Assembly: GCA_002501885.1 (NCBI GenBank)
Contig: DAON01000015.1
Span: forward strand, 1-40,734
DNA from: Euryarchaeota archaeon UBA220
Lineage (GTDB): Archaea; Thermoplasmatota; Poseidoniia; Poseidoniales; Thalassarchaeaceae
DNA: 40,734 nucleotides
Direction of reading: 5' to 3'
Below the pieces are notes generated by a model, which had not been told where the DNA came from, did not search any database, and was given only the letters and a program-made list of their open reading frames with translations. Of the stretch, positions 9,649 to 17,978 are shown piece by piece. Positions within the stretch are counted from its first letter, which is position 1, and every line of letters starts with the position of its first letter. The position numbers and the translations under genes are program-made.

Positions 9649-10884
9649 ATGTCGAAAACCGATGTGGTAATTGTCGGAGGTGCCCGAACTCCATTCTGCG
9701 AATGGTTGGGCGGAAAGCGTGGAGACGGCCAACCCGGCGGTAGGCTAGCGTCAAGATCCACTGAAGATTTAGGTGCGATTGCAATTCAAGGAGCGCTTGA
9801 GAAGTCTGGAACCGATCCAAATTCGGTAGATCATGTTGTCATGGGCCACGCCTTACAGACATCTGGTCAGGCAATTTTCGGAGCTAGACATGCTGGTCTC
9901 AATGCAGGAATACCTCAGGAAACTCCGATGCTCACATTGAACCGACTTTGTGGAAGCGGTGCTCAGTCTATCGTCACCGGATCGCAAATGATTATGCTCG
10001 GAGAGGCAGAGATAGTTGTCGCCGGCGGCATGGAAAATCTCTCCCAGGCTCCACATGTTCTGAGGGGCGAGCGTTCAACACACAAATTGGGCAGGCCGCC
10101 CCAAGAGGGCTATACTCTGACCAAGGATATGGAGGATTATCTGTTCACTAATCTTCTCGACAATACTTGTGACTCATTCATGGCCCAGACCAGTGACAGA
10201 CTGTGTCACAAGGTTGGCGTGACCCGTGAACAGGCAGACGAGTTTGCTGCCCTCAGCCACTCTCGGACTGAGCAGAGTATAGAATCAGGACTCTTTGAGA
10301 CAGAGATTGTAGATGTAGAAACAGAAGACGGTACAATCACCGCTGCACATGAGGATCACTTCGTCAGGGGCACTACTGTAGAATCGCTCTCGGGCTTAAG
10401 GCCACATTTCGGCCCCAATTCCCTGGTAACTGCGGGCAATGCCTCAGGAGTTGTAGATGGCGCAGCAGCAGTAGTTCTGAAATCTGCTGAGAGGGCTGCA
10501 GCAGATGGCGACGAACCTTTGGCCAGAATTGTGAATTGGGGAATAGTCGGACTAGATCCTTCAATCATGGCCTATGGCCCGGTTCCGAGCAGTAGGCTAG
10601 CCCTAGAAAGAGCAGGCCTCGGTATCGAGGACATTGACAGATGGGAGATTAACGAGGCTTTCTCAGGTCAAGCGGTTGCTTGCATCCAAGAATTAGGCCT
10701 AGATGTGGACAAGGTAAATGTCAACGGAGGAGCAGTTGGACTAGGTCACCCACTCGCCGCAACAGGCACCAGACTAATCCTAACTCTGGCCCATGAACTC
10801 AGGCGCAGTAGTGGCAAATATGGTGTTGCGACAGCGTGTATTGGCGGCGGACAGGGAATCGCTGTAATCATCGAATCTTGCTAA
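9649..10884 (+). CDS. Acetyl-CoA C-acetyltransferase (thiolase)
   Basis: N-terminus MSKTDVVIVGGARTPF, active-site LNRLCGSGAQS, and C-terminal GHPLAATG and CIGGGQGIA. The ATG at 9649 is preferred over the TTG at 9634. Confidence 0.93.
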   Translation: MSKTDVVIVGGARTPFCEWLGGKRGDGQPGGRLASRSTEDLGAIAIQGALEKSGTDPNSVDHVVMGHALQTSGQAIFGARHAGLNAGIPQETPMLTLNRLCGSGAQSIVTGSQMIMLGEAEIVVAGGMENLSQAPHVLRGERSTHKLGRPPQEGYTLTKDMEDYLFTNLLDNTCDSFMAQTSDRLCHKVGVTREQADEFAALSHSRTEQSIESGLFETEIVDVETEDGTITAAHEDHFVRGTTVESLSGLRPHFGPNSLVTAGNASGVVDGAAAVVLKSAERAAADGDEPLARIVNWGIVGLDPSIMAYGPVPSSRLALERAGLGIEDIDRWEINEAFSGQAVACIQELGLDVDKVNVNGGAVGLGHPLAATGTRLILTLAHELRRSSGKYGVATACIGGGQGIAVIIESC

Positions 10885-10941
10885 TTACAACCGTAATCAC
10901 TCCGTAGGAGGAGTTATCCATAATGGATACTACCGATTATC

Positions 10942-11418
10942 ATGGTGAAAGGCTTACCTGGAGGAGGCCATGCGAATAGAAAGCGCAGTGTTGCCAAGAC
11001 ATTCCTATGGAGAGGTGTAGCGACGACAGACACCATCATTATTTCAAGAGTAATAACAGGTAGTTGGACCGAAGGACTTGCGATTGGAGTTATCGAAGTC
11101 TTCACCAAGATGATATTGTATTATTTCCATGAGAGGGCTTGGAGCACTTCTGATTGGGGCCTTGGAGACTCCGATGCCGCAGGTCACGCTAATAGAAAGC
11201 GCAGTATTGCCAAGACATTCCTATGGAGGGGTATAGCGACGACAGACACCATCATTATTTCAAGAGTAATAACAGGTAGTTGGACTGAAGGACTTGCGAT
11301 TGGAACCATTGAAGTCTTCACTAAGATGATATTGTATTATTTCCATGAGAGGGCTTGGAGCGCTTCTGATTGGGGTCTTGAAGATCCAGATGCTCCAGAT
11401 GTTAGCCCTATGCACTGA
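10942..11418 (+). CDS. Membrane protein with two tandem DUF2061-like domains
   Basis: Two near-identical 72-aa modules are present, each RKRS[VI]AKTFLWRG...TKMILYYFHERAWS. By recollection this signature matches DUF2061 (PF09834). Confidence 0.75.
   Translation: MVKGLPGGGHANRKRSVAKTFLWRGVATTDTIIISRVITGSWTEGLAIGVIEVFTKMILYYFHERAWSTSDWGLGDSDAAGHANRKRSIAKTFLWRGIATTDTIIISRVITGSWTEGLAIGTIEVFTKMILYYFHERAWSASDWGLEDPDAPDVSPMH
10966..11397 (+). repeat. In-frame tandem direct repeat, 2 x 216 bp, inside the DUF2061-like CDS
   Basis: Unit 1 (10966-11181) and unit 2 (11182-11397) align without gaps. My by-eye count is about 20 mismatches in 216. Confidence 0.9.
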
Positions 11419-11512
11419 TGGCATCCTAGTCTAACTAAGAAAAACTCTCGATGATTCGTTTGAAGACCGTCGGTATTATTTGTCAGATGCAAAGGCCCCT
11501 CGCTCAGTTAAC

Positions 11513-11722
11513 ATGGGGCAGACGCGGAAGCGGAGTTTGATTAAGGCGGCCTCTTGGAGGGCAATTGCGTCTCTAACCGGTGCTGCAATAGTGGTAGTTC
11601 TAACCGGAGAAATGGAACACGGAGGGGCATTCCTAGCGGCCGATGCATCTCTCAAGATGGTCTTCTACTATCTCCATGAGCGCGGATGGGAAGCTGTCAC
11701 TTGGGGCGTCCTAGCTGACTAA
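11513..11722 (+). CDS. Single-domain DUF2061-like membrane protein (diverged paralog)
   Basis: MGQTRKRSLIKAASWRA...KMVFYYLHERGWEAVTWG carries the same signature as the upstream modules. The ATG at 11513 is preferred over the in-frame TTG at 11480. Confidence 0.7.
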   Translation: MGQTRKRSLIKAASWRAIASLTGAAIVVVLTGEMEHGGAFLAADASLKMVFYYLHERGWEAVTWGVLAD

Positions 11723-14445
11723 TCCTCGATATACCAATGCTCCTTCTTTGGAGATAGTGGGCGTTTCATCCACATAGGTCTGCGCTCACCTCTTGGATGT
11801 GTCTCGCGCTCCTTTGCCATCTCATTCCAGCGCTTGTAGTACTGGAATGACTTCTCAGTGTCGACCTCAACATCACCATATTTCTCATCCTTTGAAGGGC
11901 GACTAAGTCTGACCTTCTGCAACCAGCAGTGTGCCCCACTAATTGGATCCGGCTGAACTGCGTGAGTGATGTTCTGATGGACTCCTCCGTCCCTCCACCA
12001 AATTCGGTTGGTATCTGGATCGTCTGATTCCCACGGAGAAATTCCTGAGACCGTCCTCATCCGTTGCTTACCTTCTCCGATATCTTCGATTTGAACTTCA
12101 TTACTTAGGAATCGATTACCTTGGTCTTGAGAACGTCTCCATCTGCCGATGTGGTGAGAGCATCCAATTACTCCAGGCTTGATTCCTTCAGTTACCCAGA
12201 CCTTGTCGACGAACCAACCAATTTCAGTCTCAATCTTTAGCAAATCACCTTCCGAGACTCCTAGTTTCGCAGCATCTTTGGGATGAATCCATATTGGATT
12301 ACGATGTCCAATCTCAACTAGCCATTTTGCATTCGCAGATCTAGAATGAATGTGTTGTGGAAGTCGGAAGTTAGGAAGTAGGCAGTATTCGTCTTCTCCC
12401 TGTAAGTTGTCTGGGTGGACATGACTGTGGATTCTATAGTGTGGAATCGCATGCTCCGGATATCCGAACTCGACCATGGTCTTAGAGTAGAACTCTTGTT
12501 TCCCACTCGGAGTGGGCCAACCCTCTTGTTCATGCTTTGAGTAAGTCGATTCCTCAATTAGGAAGGCACCATGCTTGCGCATATATCCTAGGGCATCAAG
12601 ACCTTCCTTGGCAGCTGCCTCACTAAGCCCCGGAACTCGCTCGAATGTATACTGGTAGTACTCATCGATTGTGATTTTCTCTCCCTCTCGATATGGACTC
12701 ATGAAGTGCTCACGGATACCCATAGTTCCATCGTCAATCCTCCATGACAACTCATTCCAGAACTCATCTTCCTCCCAAACTTCTCCAGGATTAACCTCAC
12801 TCGTGAACTCTACATTCTTGCCCTCTCTTCGAGCGAACTCGCGTAGTACTGGTTGCCGGAACGCCACCCACTTTCCAGCAGAAGTTGCATACGAGTTGAT
12901 GTCATGCCGTTCCGATGCATGACCCATGGGAAGGACATAGTCCGCGAAGAAAGCCGTCTCGTTCCAGGTGGGAGTCAGGGCGATGTGACAGCCGATACTA
13001 TCCTCGTCCTCCAGCATCCTCATCCATGAGAATCCGTCCGGATAAGTCCAGACTGGATTGAAAACCCGTGTGAAGTAGACATCAATCTCGCCCCGACCAT
13101 CTCTGATTAGGTGCGGCAGAATATGGCTCATTTCGTAATGTGCAAGAGTATACTCAGGCGGGAAGTGCAATTCGTTCCAACCGTCCGGGTCGCCAGGTTC
13201 GTCAAACAATTGGGGGCTGAACTTTGACCATGAGTTTGGCGAAGTACCTCCCTCTGTCCCTACACTTCCAGTCAGTACATTCAGTAGATGCAGAGTCCGA
13301 GAGACTTGCCAGCCACCTAGATTGCCAATAGCAGCAGACCTCCAAACATGAGTACTCAAACGACTTCCAGCATTCGCCACAGCCTCTCCTGCCTCGATTA
13401 CCTGCTCTACAGGAATACGGCACTCCGAGGCTGCAAACTCAGGCGTATACTCTGCATATTCCTCCAGAAGTAGTTCGATGAATCTCTCGAATGTGCGCGG
13501 CTCATCGGGATGGTCAGCTTTGAGCCAATCCTCCCAGTTTACCCAATTCTCAAGGAAGTCTCGATCGTACAGCCCACGCTCTAGAATCATCTTTGCCCAA
13601 GCGAGGAATAGGGCAGTCTCTGATCCAGGCCAAGTTGGCAGCCAGTGGTCGGCCATTGAAGCAGTATTGGAGAGTCGAGGATCAATTACAATCAGCTTGG
13701 CTCCGTCAATCATCCCCTCTAGGATTCTCTGCGCATGCGGATTGAAGTAATGCCCAGTTTCCAAATGCGATGAGGTCAGAAGTATGACCTTGGCATTGGA
13801 ATGATCTGGGGATGGACGGTCATGCTTGTGCCAAAGGCTGTATCCAGTTCTGGCACCTGAAGAACAGATATTGGTGTGACTGTTGTGCCCATCGACGCCC
13901 CACGCCTTCAGCACCCTCTCTACATAACCCTCGTTACCAGGTCTACCGACATGATACACTACTCTGTCCTTTGCCTCAGTCTTGAGAGAGGCTCTAATCT
14001 TCGATGAAATCTCGTCGAGAGCTTGGTCCCAGTAGATTCTCTGCCACTTGCCCTCTCCACGCTTACCAACTCGCTTTAGAGGGTAAAGAATTCTCTCTGT
14101 GTCGTTGATTTGATTGATTGTGGCTGGCCCCTTGGCACAATTTCTACCTCTACTCCCAGGGTGATGTGGGTTGCCCTCAAACTTGGTCACCTCGCCAGTA
14201 CCTTTGTCGACATATGCCAACATCCCACACGCAGATTCGCAATTGAAGCAAGTAGTGGGGACCAGAGAATATCTCTTCTCGACCATCTTTGGCCACTCTT
14301 GTGCATCTAACTCGACATGGTCATGCCAGTCATCTGGACTTGGATACTTACGCAAATCTCCCTCACTACCTGTAGAGTGCTCGCGGTCAAGATCAGGGAT
14401 AATCCTCATTTTCTGAGCGATTTTCTCAATGAATGTCCTGGCCAT
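11719..14445 (-). CDS. Molybdopterin (bis-MGD) oxidoreductase catalytic subunit, DMSO-reductase superfamily, substrate unknown
   Basis: It has an N-terminal C-x2-C-x3-C...C [4Fe-4S] motif (CFNCESACG...RNCAKG). At 908 aa it fits the MopB architecture, and ICSSGARTG is a candidate Mo-ligand Cys region. There is no twin-arginine leader. A GAGGTGA SD lies upstream. Confidence 0.88.
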   Translation of the reverse strand: MARTFIEKIAQKMRIIPDLDREHSTGSEGDLRKYPSPDDWHDHVELDAQEWPKMVEKRYSLVPTTCFNCESACGMLAYVDKGTGEVTKFEGNPHHPGSRGRNCAKGPATINQINDTERILYPLKRVGKRGEGKWQRIYWDQALDEISSKIRASLKTEAKDRVVYHVGRPGNEGYVERVLKAWGVDGHNSHTNICSSGARTGYSLWHKHDRPSPDHSNAKVILLTSSHLETGHYFNPHAQRILEGMIDGAKLIVIDPRLSNTASMADHWLPTWPGSETALFLAWAKMILERGLYDRDFLENWVNWEDWLKADHPDEPRTFERFIELLLEEYAEYTPEFAASECRIPVEQVIEAGEAVANAGSRLSTHVWRSAAIGNLGGWQVSRTLHLLNVLTGSVGTEGGTSPNSWSKFSPQLFDEPGDPDGWNELHFPPEYTLAHYEMSHILPHLIRDGRGEIDVYFTRVFNPVWTYPDGFSWMRMLEDEDSIGCHIALTPTWNETAFFADYVLPMGHASERHDINSYATSAGKWVAFRQPVLREFARREGKNVEFTSEVNPGEVWEEDEFWNELSWRIDDGTMGIREHFMSPYREGEKITIDEYYQYTFERVPGLSEAAAKEGLDALGYMRKHGAFLIEESTYSKHEQEGWPTPSGKQEFYSKTMVEFGYPEHAIPHYRIHSHVHPDNLQGEDEYCLLPNFRLPQHIHSRSANAKWLVEIGHRNPIWIHPKDAAKLGVSEGDLLKIETEIGWFVDKVWVTEGIKPGVIGCSHHIGRWRRSQDQGNRFLSNEVQIEDIGEGKQRMRTVSGISPWESDDPDTNRIWWRDGGVHQNITHAVQPDPISGAHCWLQKVRLSRPSKDEKYGDVEVDTEKSFQYYKRWNEMAKERETHPRGERRPMWMKRPLSPKKEHWYIED

Positions 14446-14446
14446 C

Positions 14447-14458
14447 TTTTCACCTCAA
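14447..14458 (-). promoter_or_regulatory. Shine-Dalgarno cassette TTGAGGTGAAAA ahead of the Mo-subunit gene
   Basis: The minus strand reads CATTGAGGTGAAAAGATG. The upstream gene's TGA is embedded in the SD. Confidence 0.6.
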
Positions 14459-15864
14459 TGCAGAGTCTCAAGTTGCGGATCGATTACCGTCCTGTGGCCA
14501 TGCCAAGCGACAAGGATAAGACACGGAATTGCTAGAGCCGATAGGAGCAGATTAGTTGGGGACAGCAAGGCAACACAAGCAGCACCAGCAACCAAAACCT
14601 CGACAGTCATCTTCACTGTCAGAGTACGGTCTTTTGACCAAGACCGACCCTTTGCCTGTTGCAAAAGCCAAGCGGTGTATATCCCCGTAAACAACGCAAG
14701 AGGGATGCCGGCATATGCTAGGTACTCCAGATACATGCGATCCAAATCAAGCAGCAGAACTAGGAAACTACAGCCGAGAATTCCACCGAAACCGCCCAAT
14801 AGATAGGCCCCTTTGACCAGCCAAGAATCCCAATTCGGCCGCAGCATAACATACAGGAATCTGAACGGCCTATCTAGGTCAATTACCAAAAGAATTCCAG
14901 TGATTCCAAGGAATGAGATACTGACTATCAGAAGCCTCCACCACAAACCATCAGTCATCTCAAGATAGCCTGCAAGCATCATCAACATCGCAACAAGGTA
15001 GGCGCCACTGGCTACTGCCTTGGTGAATACATATGCCGAGACCTCCCAGCCCCACAATACGCCCTTTGAGGGCTGGTCGTAACTGCGCTTCACATTCTCC
15101 TCATCGTCGAGCTTATCCATTACATCACGAATAATCGCTCTGTCTCTGGGAGCTGCTGCTCTGGCCTTCTTCTCAAGTGCTAGTTGGATAATCATAGATT
15201 GAGTGTCAGCCGCCCCTGCTCTCTTCTCGGCATACTTCGCAAAGTGTCCAACACCGGCCGCTTGATCTGTCCACAGGTATTCTCCTGAGCGTTCAGTAGA
15301 ATGAGGGTCCAGACTCTCTTCACTCGTTTCGACATAGAATACATTTGGCTTAGCTCCAGACTCGGGTTTGCGCACCGTTGTCTCATGCTCGGATAGATAG
15401 CCTGAGATTGACGAATTAGGATCATCTAAATCACCTGAAATTATCGCCTCTACAGGACAAACGATGACGCAGGATGGCTCATAGGAATGCTCGATTCTAT
15501 GGGCGCAATAATTGCATTTTGCCGCAGTACCCTTGTTTGGATCGATGTATAATGCATCATAGGGGCAGGCCTGCATACATGACTTGCAGCCTATACAACG
15601 ATCATCATCGAAGTCAACGATGCCATCGGAGCGTGTGAATAGAGCAGTGGTCGGGCAAATAGTAGTGCAAGGAGAATCCTCGCAATGATTGCAACGGTGG
15701 ACACTGAATTCACGAGTAACATCGGGATAAGTCCCCTTCTCGATGTACTTCACATGAGTTCTGTTGACTCCAATCGGAACATCGTGCTCAGATTTGCAAG
15801 CGACGGTACAAGCATGGCAACCGATACACTTCCGGTTGTCTATAACGAAGCCGTAATTGACCAT
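14455..15864 (-). CDS. Fusion protein: four-cluster [4Fe-4S] ferredoxin subunit (PsrB/DmsB/NrfC-like) plus truncated NrfD/PsrC-like membrane anchor
   Basis: Four Cys groups are present: CIGCHACTVAC, CNHCEDSPCTTICP, CIGCKSCMQACP and CNYCAH...CVIVCP. The C-terminal ~200 aa has about 6 TM helices with the NrfD-type loop DRPFRFLYVMLRPNWDSWLVKG. The ATG at 15864 (GAGGG SD 6 nt upstream; N-terminus MVNYGFVIDNRKC) is preferred. The alternative ATG at 15918 adds 18 aa. Confidence 0.85.
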   Translation of the reverse strand: MVNYGFVIDNRKCIGCHACTVACKSEHDVPIGVNRTHVKYIEKGTYPDVTREFSVHRCNHCEDSPCTTICPTTALFTRSDGIVDFDDDRCIGCKSCMQACPYDALYIDPNKGTAAKCNYCAHRIEHSYEPSCVIVCPVEAIISGDLDDPNSSISGYLSEHETTVRKPESGAKPNVFYVETSEESLDPHSTERSGEYLWTDQAAGVGHFAKYAEKRAGAADTQSMIIQLALEKKARAAAPRDRAIIRDVMDKLDDEENVKRSYDQPSKGVLWGWEVSAYVFTKAVASGAYLVAMLMMLAGYLEMTDGLWWRLLIVSISFLGITGILLVIDLDRPFRFLYVMLRPNWDSWLVKGAYLLGGFGGILGCSFLVLLLDLDRMYLEYLAYAGIPLALFTGIYTAWLLQQAKGRSWSKDRTLTVKMTVEVLVAGAACVALLSPTNLLLSALAIPCLILVAWHGHRTVIDPQLETLH

Positions 15865-15919
15865 GGTCCGCCCTCTATGAGGGCGGACAGGCCATCTTGG
15901 CAAATGAGCCTTCGCCATA

Positions 15920-17086
15920 TCACAACAGAAGACTTGCTATCCCTGCAGCGGCAACCCAGGTTCCAACTACCGATCCAATGTTGCCTGCAAAAGTCACCAT
16001 CAGCACCTTACCGACTCGATTTTTCCAGAACAAGGACAAATCGTCCAAATGTAGGAATGCCTGAGCATCACCTCCTGTCGGAGGGGTGACTTTCAGTTGT
16101 GTATAGCCCGCGAACCATCCCGCCGCAAGGAAGGGGTTGAGGGATGTGATGGGTGAGGCAAGTGCTCCGACTAGAATTGAGAGGGGATGGCCTCGGGCTA
16201 ACAATACTCCCAGTCCAGTCAGACCAGCATTAATTGCTAGCCAAGCCAAAGCAGCCTGTTTCACCGCCTCAATTTCACCATTGTACCACATCCACCCTAC
16301 TCCGCCAAAAAGCAACAAAGGAATCGCAATCATCAGTGCCTTAGGCCAAATCGCCTTACGTGGCTCAATATTCAACTCAGCGATTCGAGAAGCAGTTTCC
16401 ATTGCTGGCTCAGCTAGGTTTTCCTGAATTCCCTTCAGATGCCCCGCCCCTACAACTGCCAGTATTTTTCCGCGACCTCTTATCTGTTGGATTCTGCCGG
16501 CTAGAAAAGCATCTCTTTCATCGATTAATACCGAGCCGGCTGCAGGTGCAACCTCTCTTGCCTCCTCCATTAATTTGGAGAGTAAATCAGAGTCTTCCAG
16601 AAGCTCCTCTACCGATGCCCCATCTTCATCGTCTTCCTGCCACAATAAGGCATCAAGAACCCTGGCTTTCTCAAAGAAACCCATTTTTGACCACGCCCTT
16701 CTCAGGGTGATGAGAACATCTCTGTCAATCAACTCTACAGGGATGCTGGATTCATCTGCGGCCTCGATAGCTGCCAACAACTCTGCCCCGGGCTTCTCTC
16801 CAGAAGAAATCCCCATTCTGCGCTGTTCTGCAGCCAGGGCAGATTGTAGTAGTATCATGTGTGACTTACCATCATTGAGGATCTTTAGCAAATCCTCATT
16901 GTCGAGTGCATCCGGCTCAAGCAGCGAGGCCTTGCGAGACTCGCACAATTCCACAGCCACCAAATCGGGCGACCACTCCTTGATTTGATTGCGAACCAGT
17001 TCCACAGAGGCCGAGCTGATATGCGCCGTCCCCACAAGTCTTAGATTCTCATCAATGTCGATGATATTCTTACTCGAATCAGACAT
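15920..17086 (-). CDS. TraB/PrgY-family protein with C-terminal membrane domain
   Basis: The N-terminal LVGTAHISSASVELV motif and overall layout fit the TraB family, and the C-terminal third is hydrophobic. A GAGGTGA SD lies 4 nt upstream. Confidence 0.75.
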   Translation of the reverse strand: MSDSSKNIIDIDENLRLVGTAHISSASVELVRNQIKEWSPDLVAVELCESRKASLLEPDALDNEDLLKILNDGKSHMILLQSALAAEQRRMGISSGEKPGAELLAAIEAADESSIPVELIDRDVLITLRRAWSKMGFFEKARVLDALLWQEDDEDGASVEELLEDSDLLSKLMEEAREVAPAAGSVLIDERDAFLAGRIQQIRGRGKILAVVGAGHLKGIQENLAEPAMETASRIAELNIEPRKAIWPKALMIAIPLLLFGGVGWMWYNGEIEAVKQAALAWLAINAGLTGLGVLLARGHPLSILVGALASPITSLNPFLAAGWFAGYTQLKVTPPTGGDAQAFLHLDDLSLFWKNRVGKVLMVTFAGNIGSVVGTWVAAAGIASLLL

Positions 17087-17098
17087 TTTTCACCTCAA
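17087..17098 (-). promoter_or_regulatory. Shine-Dalgarno cassette TTGAGGTGAAAA ahead of traB
   Basis: The minus strand reads CTTTGAGGTGAAAAATG. The folP stop TGA lies inside the SD. The 12-mer is identical to the one at 14447-14458. Confidence 0.6.
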
Positions 17099-17923
17099 AG
17101 CACCCATTGCAGCAAATAGATCTGCATGCTCTGCGACATCATGCACCCTGATGATATCGACTCCTTTGTCCTTAGCTCTAGCAGCAACTCCAAGGCTCCC
17201 TGCAAGCCTATCATCTGTAGATTCACGGCCAAGTAATCGAGAAAACATCGACTTCCGACTAACTCCCCAAAGCAGAGACATCTCTTCATTGGGGATAACA
17301 TCTCTTCCTGAGCCCAATAGAGATAGATTATGCTCCAGGGTCTTGCCGAAACCTATTCCCGGATCTGCGATAATCATGCTCGGGTCCACTCCCATGTCTG
17401 TGAGTGTAGAGGATGCTTTCCCAAGGGAATCTCTAACATCATCGACTACATCTTGGTAACTCGGGTTATTCTGCATGTTCTCAGGAGTCCCTTGCATGTG
17501 CATTAAACAGATGGGACATCCACTTTGCACAATCAGTTCAGCCATTTGAGAATCCGAAAGAGCCGAGACATCGTTAACCATGTCTGCACCTGCTTCTAGA
17601 GCCTGTTTGGCTACCGAGGCCCTACGAGTGTCAATCGAGATACAAGTATCAGGCAAAGCCTGGCGGATAGCAATGATTACTGGAATTACTCTTTCAATCT
17701 CTTCTTCGGTATCTACTGGTGCAGCTCCTGGACGAGTAGACTCTCCTCCGATATCAATCCAGTCTGCTCCTTCCTCTACCATCTCTATGGCCCTTGAAAC
17801 AGCAGATTCAATGGAATTGAGCCGAGATTTCTCATGAAAAGAGTCTGGAGTAAGGTTGAGGACGCCCATAATTCGTGGAAATCCATCATTTCGGCGAATC
17901 AGCATAGGTCGCCAGTCGGCCAT
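17090..17923 (-). CDS. folP: Dihydropteroate synthase
   Basis: IMGVLNLTPDSF, DIGGESTRPGA, INDVSAL and DPGIGFGK motifs. The ATG at 17923 (GGGGTGA SD 5 nt upstream) is preferred over the TTG at 17971. Confidence 0.9.
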   Translation of the reverse strand: MADWRPMLIRRNDGFPRIMGVLNLTPDSFHEKSRLNSIESAVSRAIEMVEEGADWIDIGGESTRPGAAPVDTEEEIERVIPVIIAIRQALPDTCISIDTRRASVAKQALEAGADMVNDVSALSDSQMAELIVQSGCPICLMHMQGTPENMQNNPSYQDVVDDVRDSLGKASSTLTDMGVDPSMIIADPGIGFGKTLEHNLSLLGSGRDVIPNEEMSLLWGVSRKSMFSRLLGRESTDDRLAGSLGVAARAKDKGVDIIRVHDVAEHADLFAAMGALR

Positions 17924-17978
17924 CTCAGTCACCCCATTCGACGCATGCTTTATGATGTGACGGAGAGGCAATCCCTCG

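Noticed and set aside
9296-9820. A 174-aa minus-strand ORF spanning the flotillin 3' end and the thiolase 5' end
   Set aside because: It overlaps two confidently identified plus-strand genes and has no SD or motif. It would also cross the intergenic hairpin. I judged it spurious.
16137-17459. A chain of plus-strand ORFs (96-156 aa) antisense to traB and folP
   Set aside because: All are Ser/Pro/Leu-rich and without motifs. The minus-strand genes have family signatures and strong SDs.
17924-17971. A TTG-initiated 16-codon N-terminal extension of folP, leaving only 7 nt to the divergent gene
   Set aside because: ATG 17923 has a GGGGTGA SD and gives a typical DHPS length. The extension has no conserved features.
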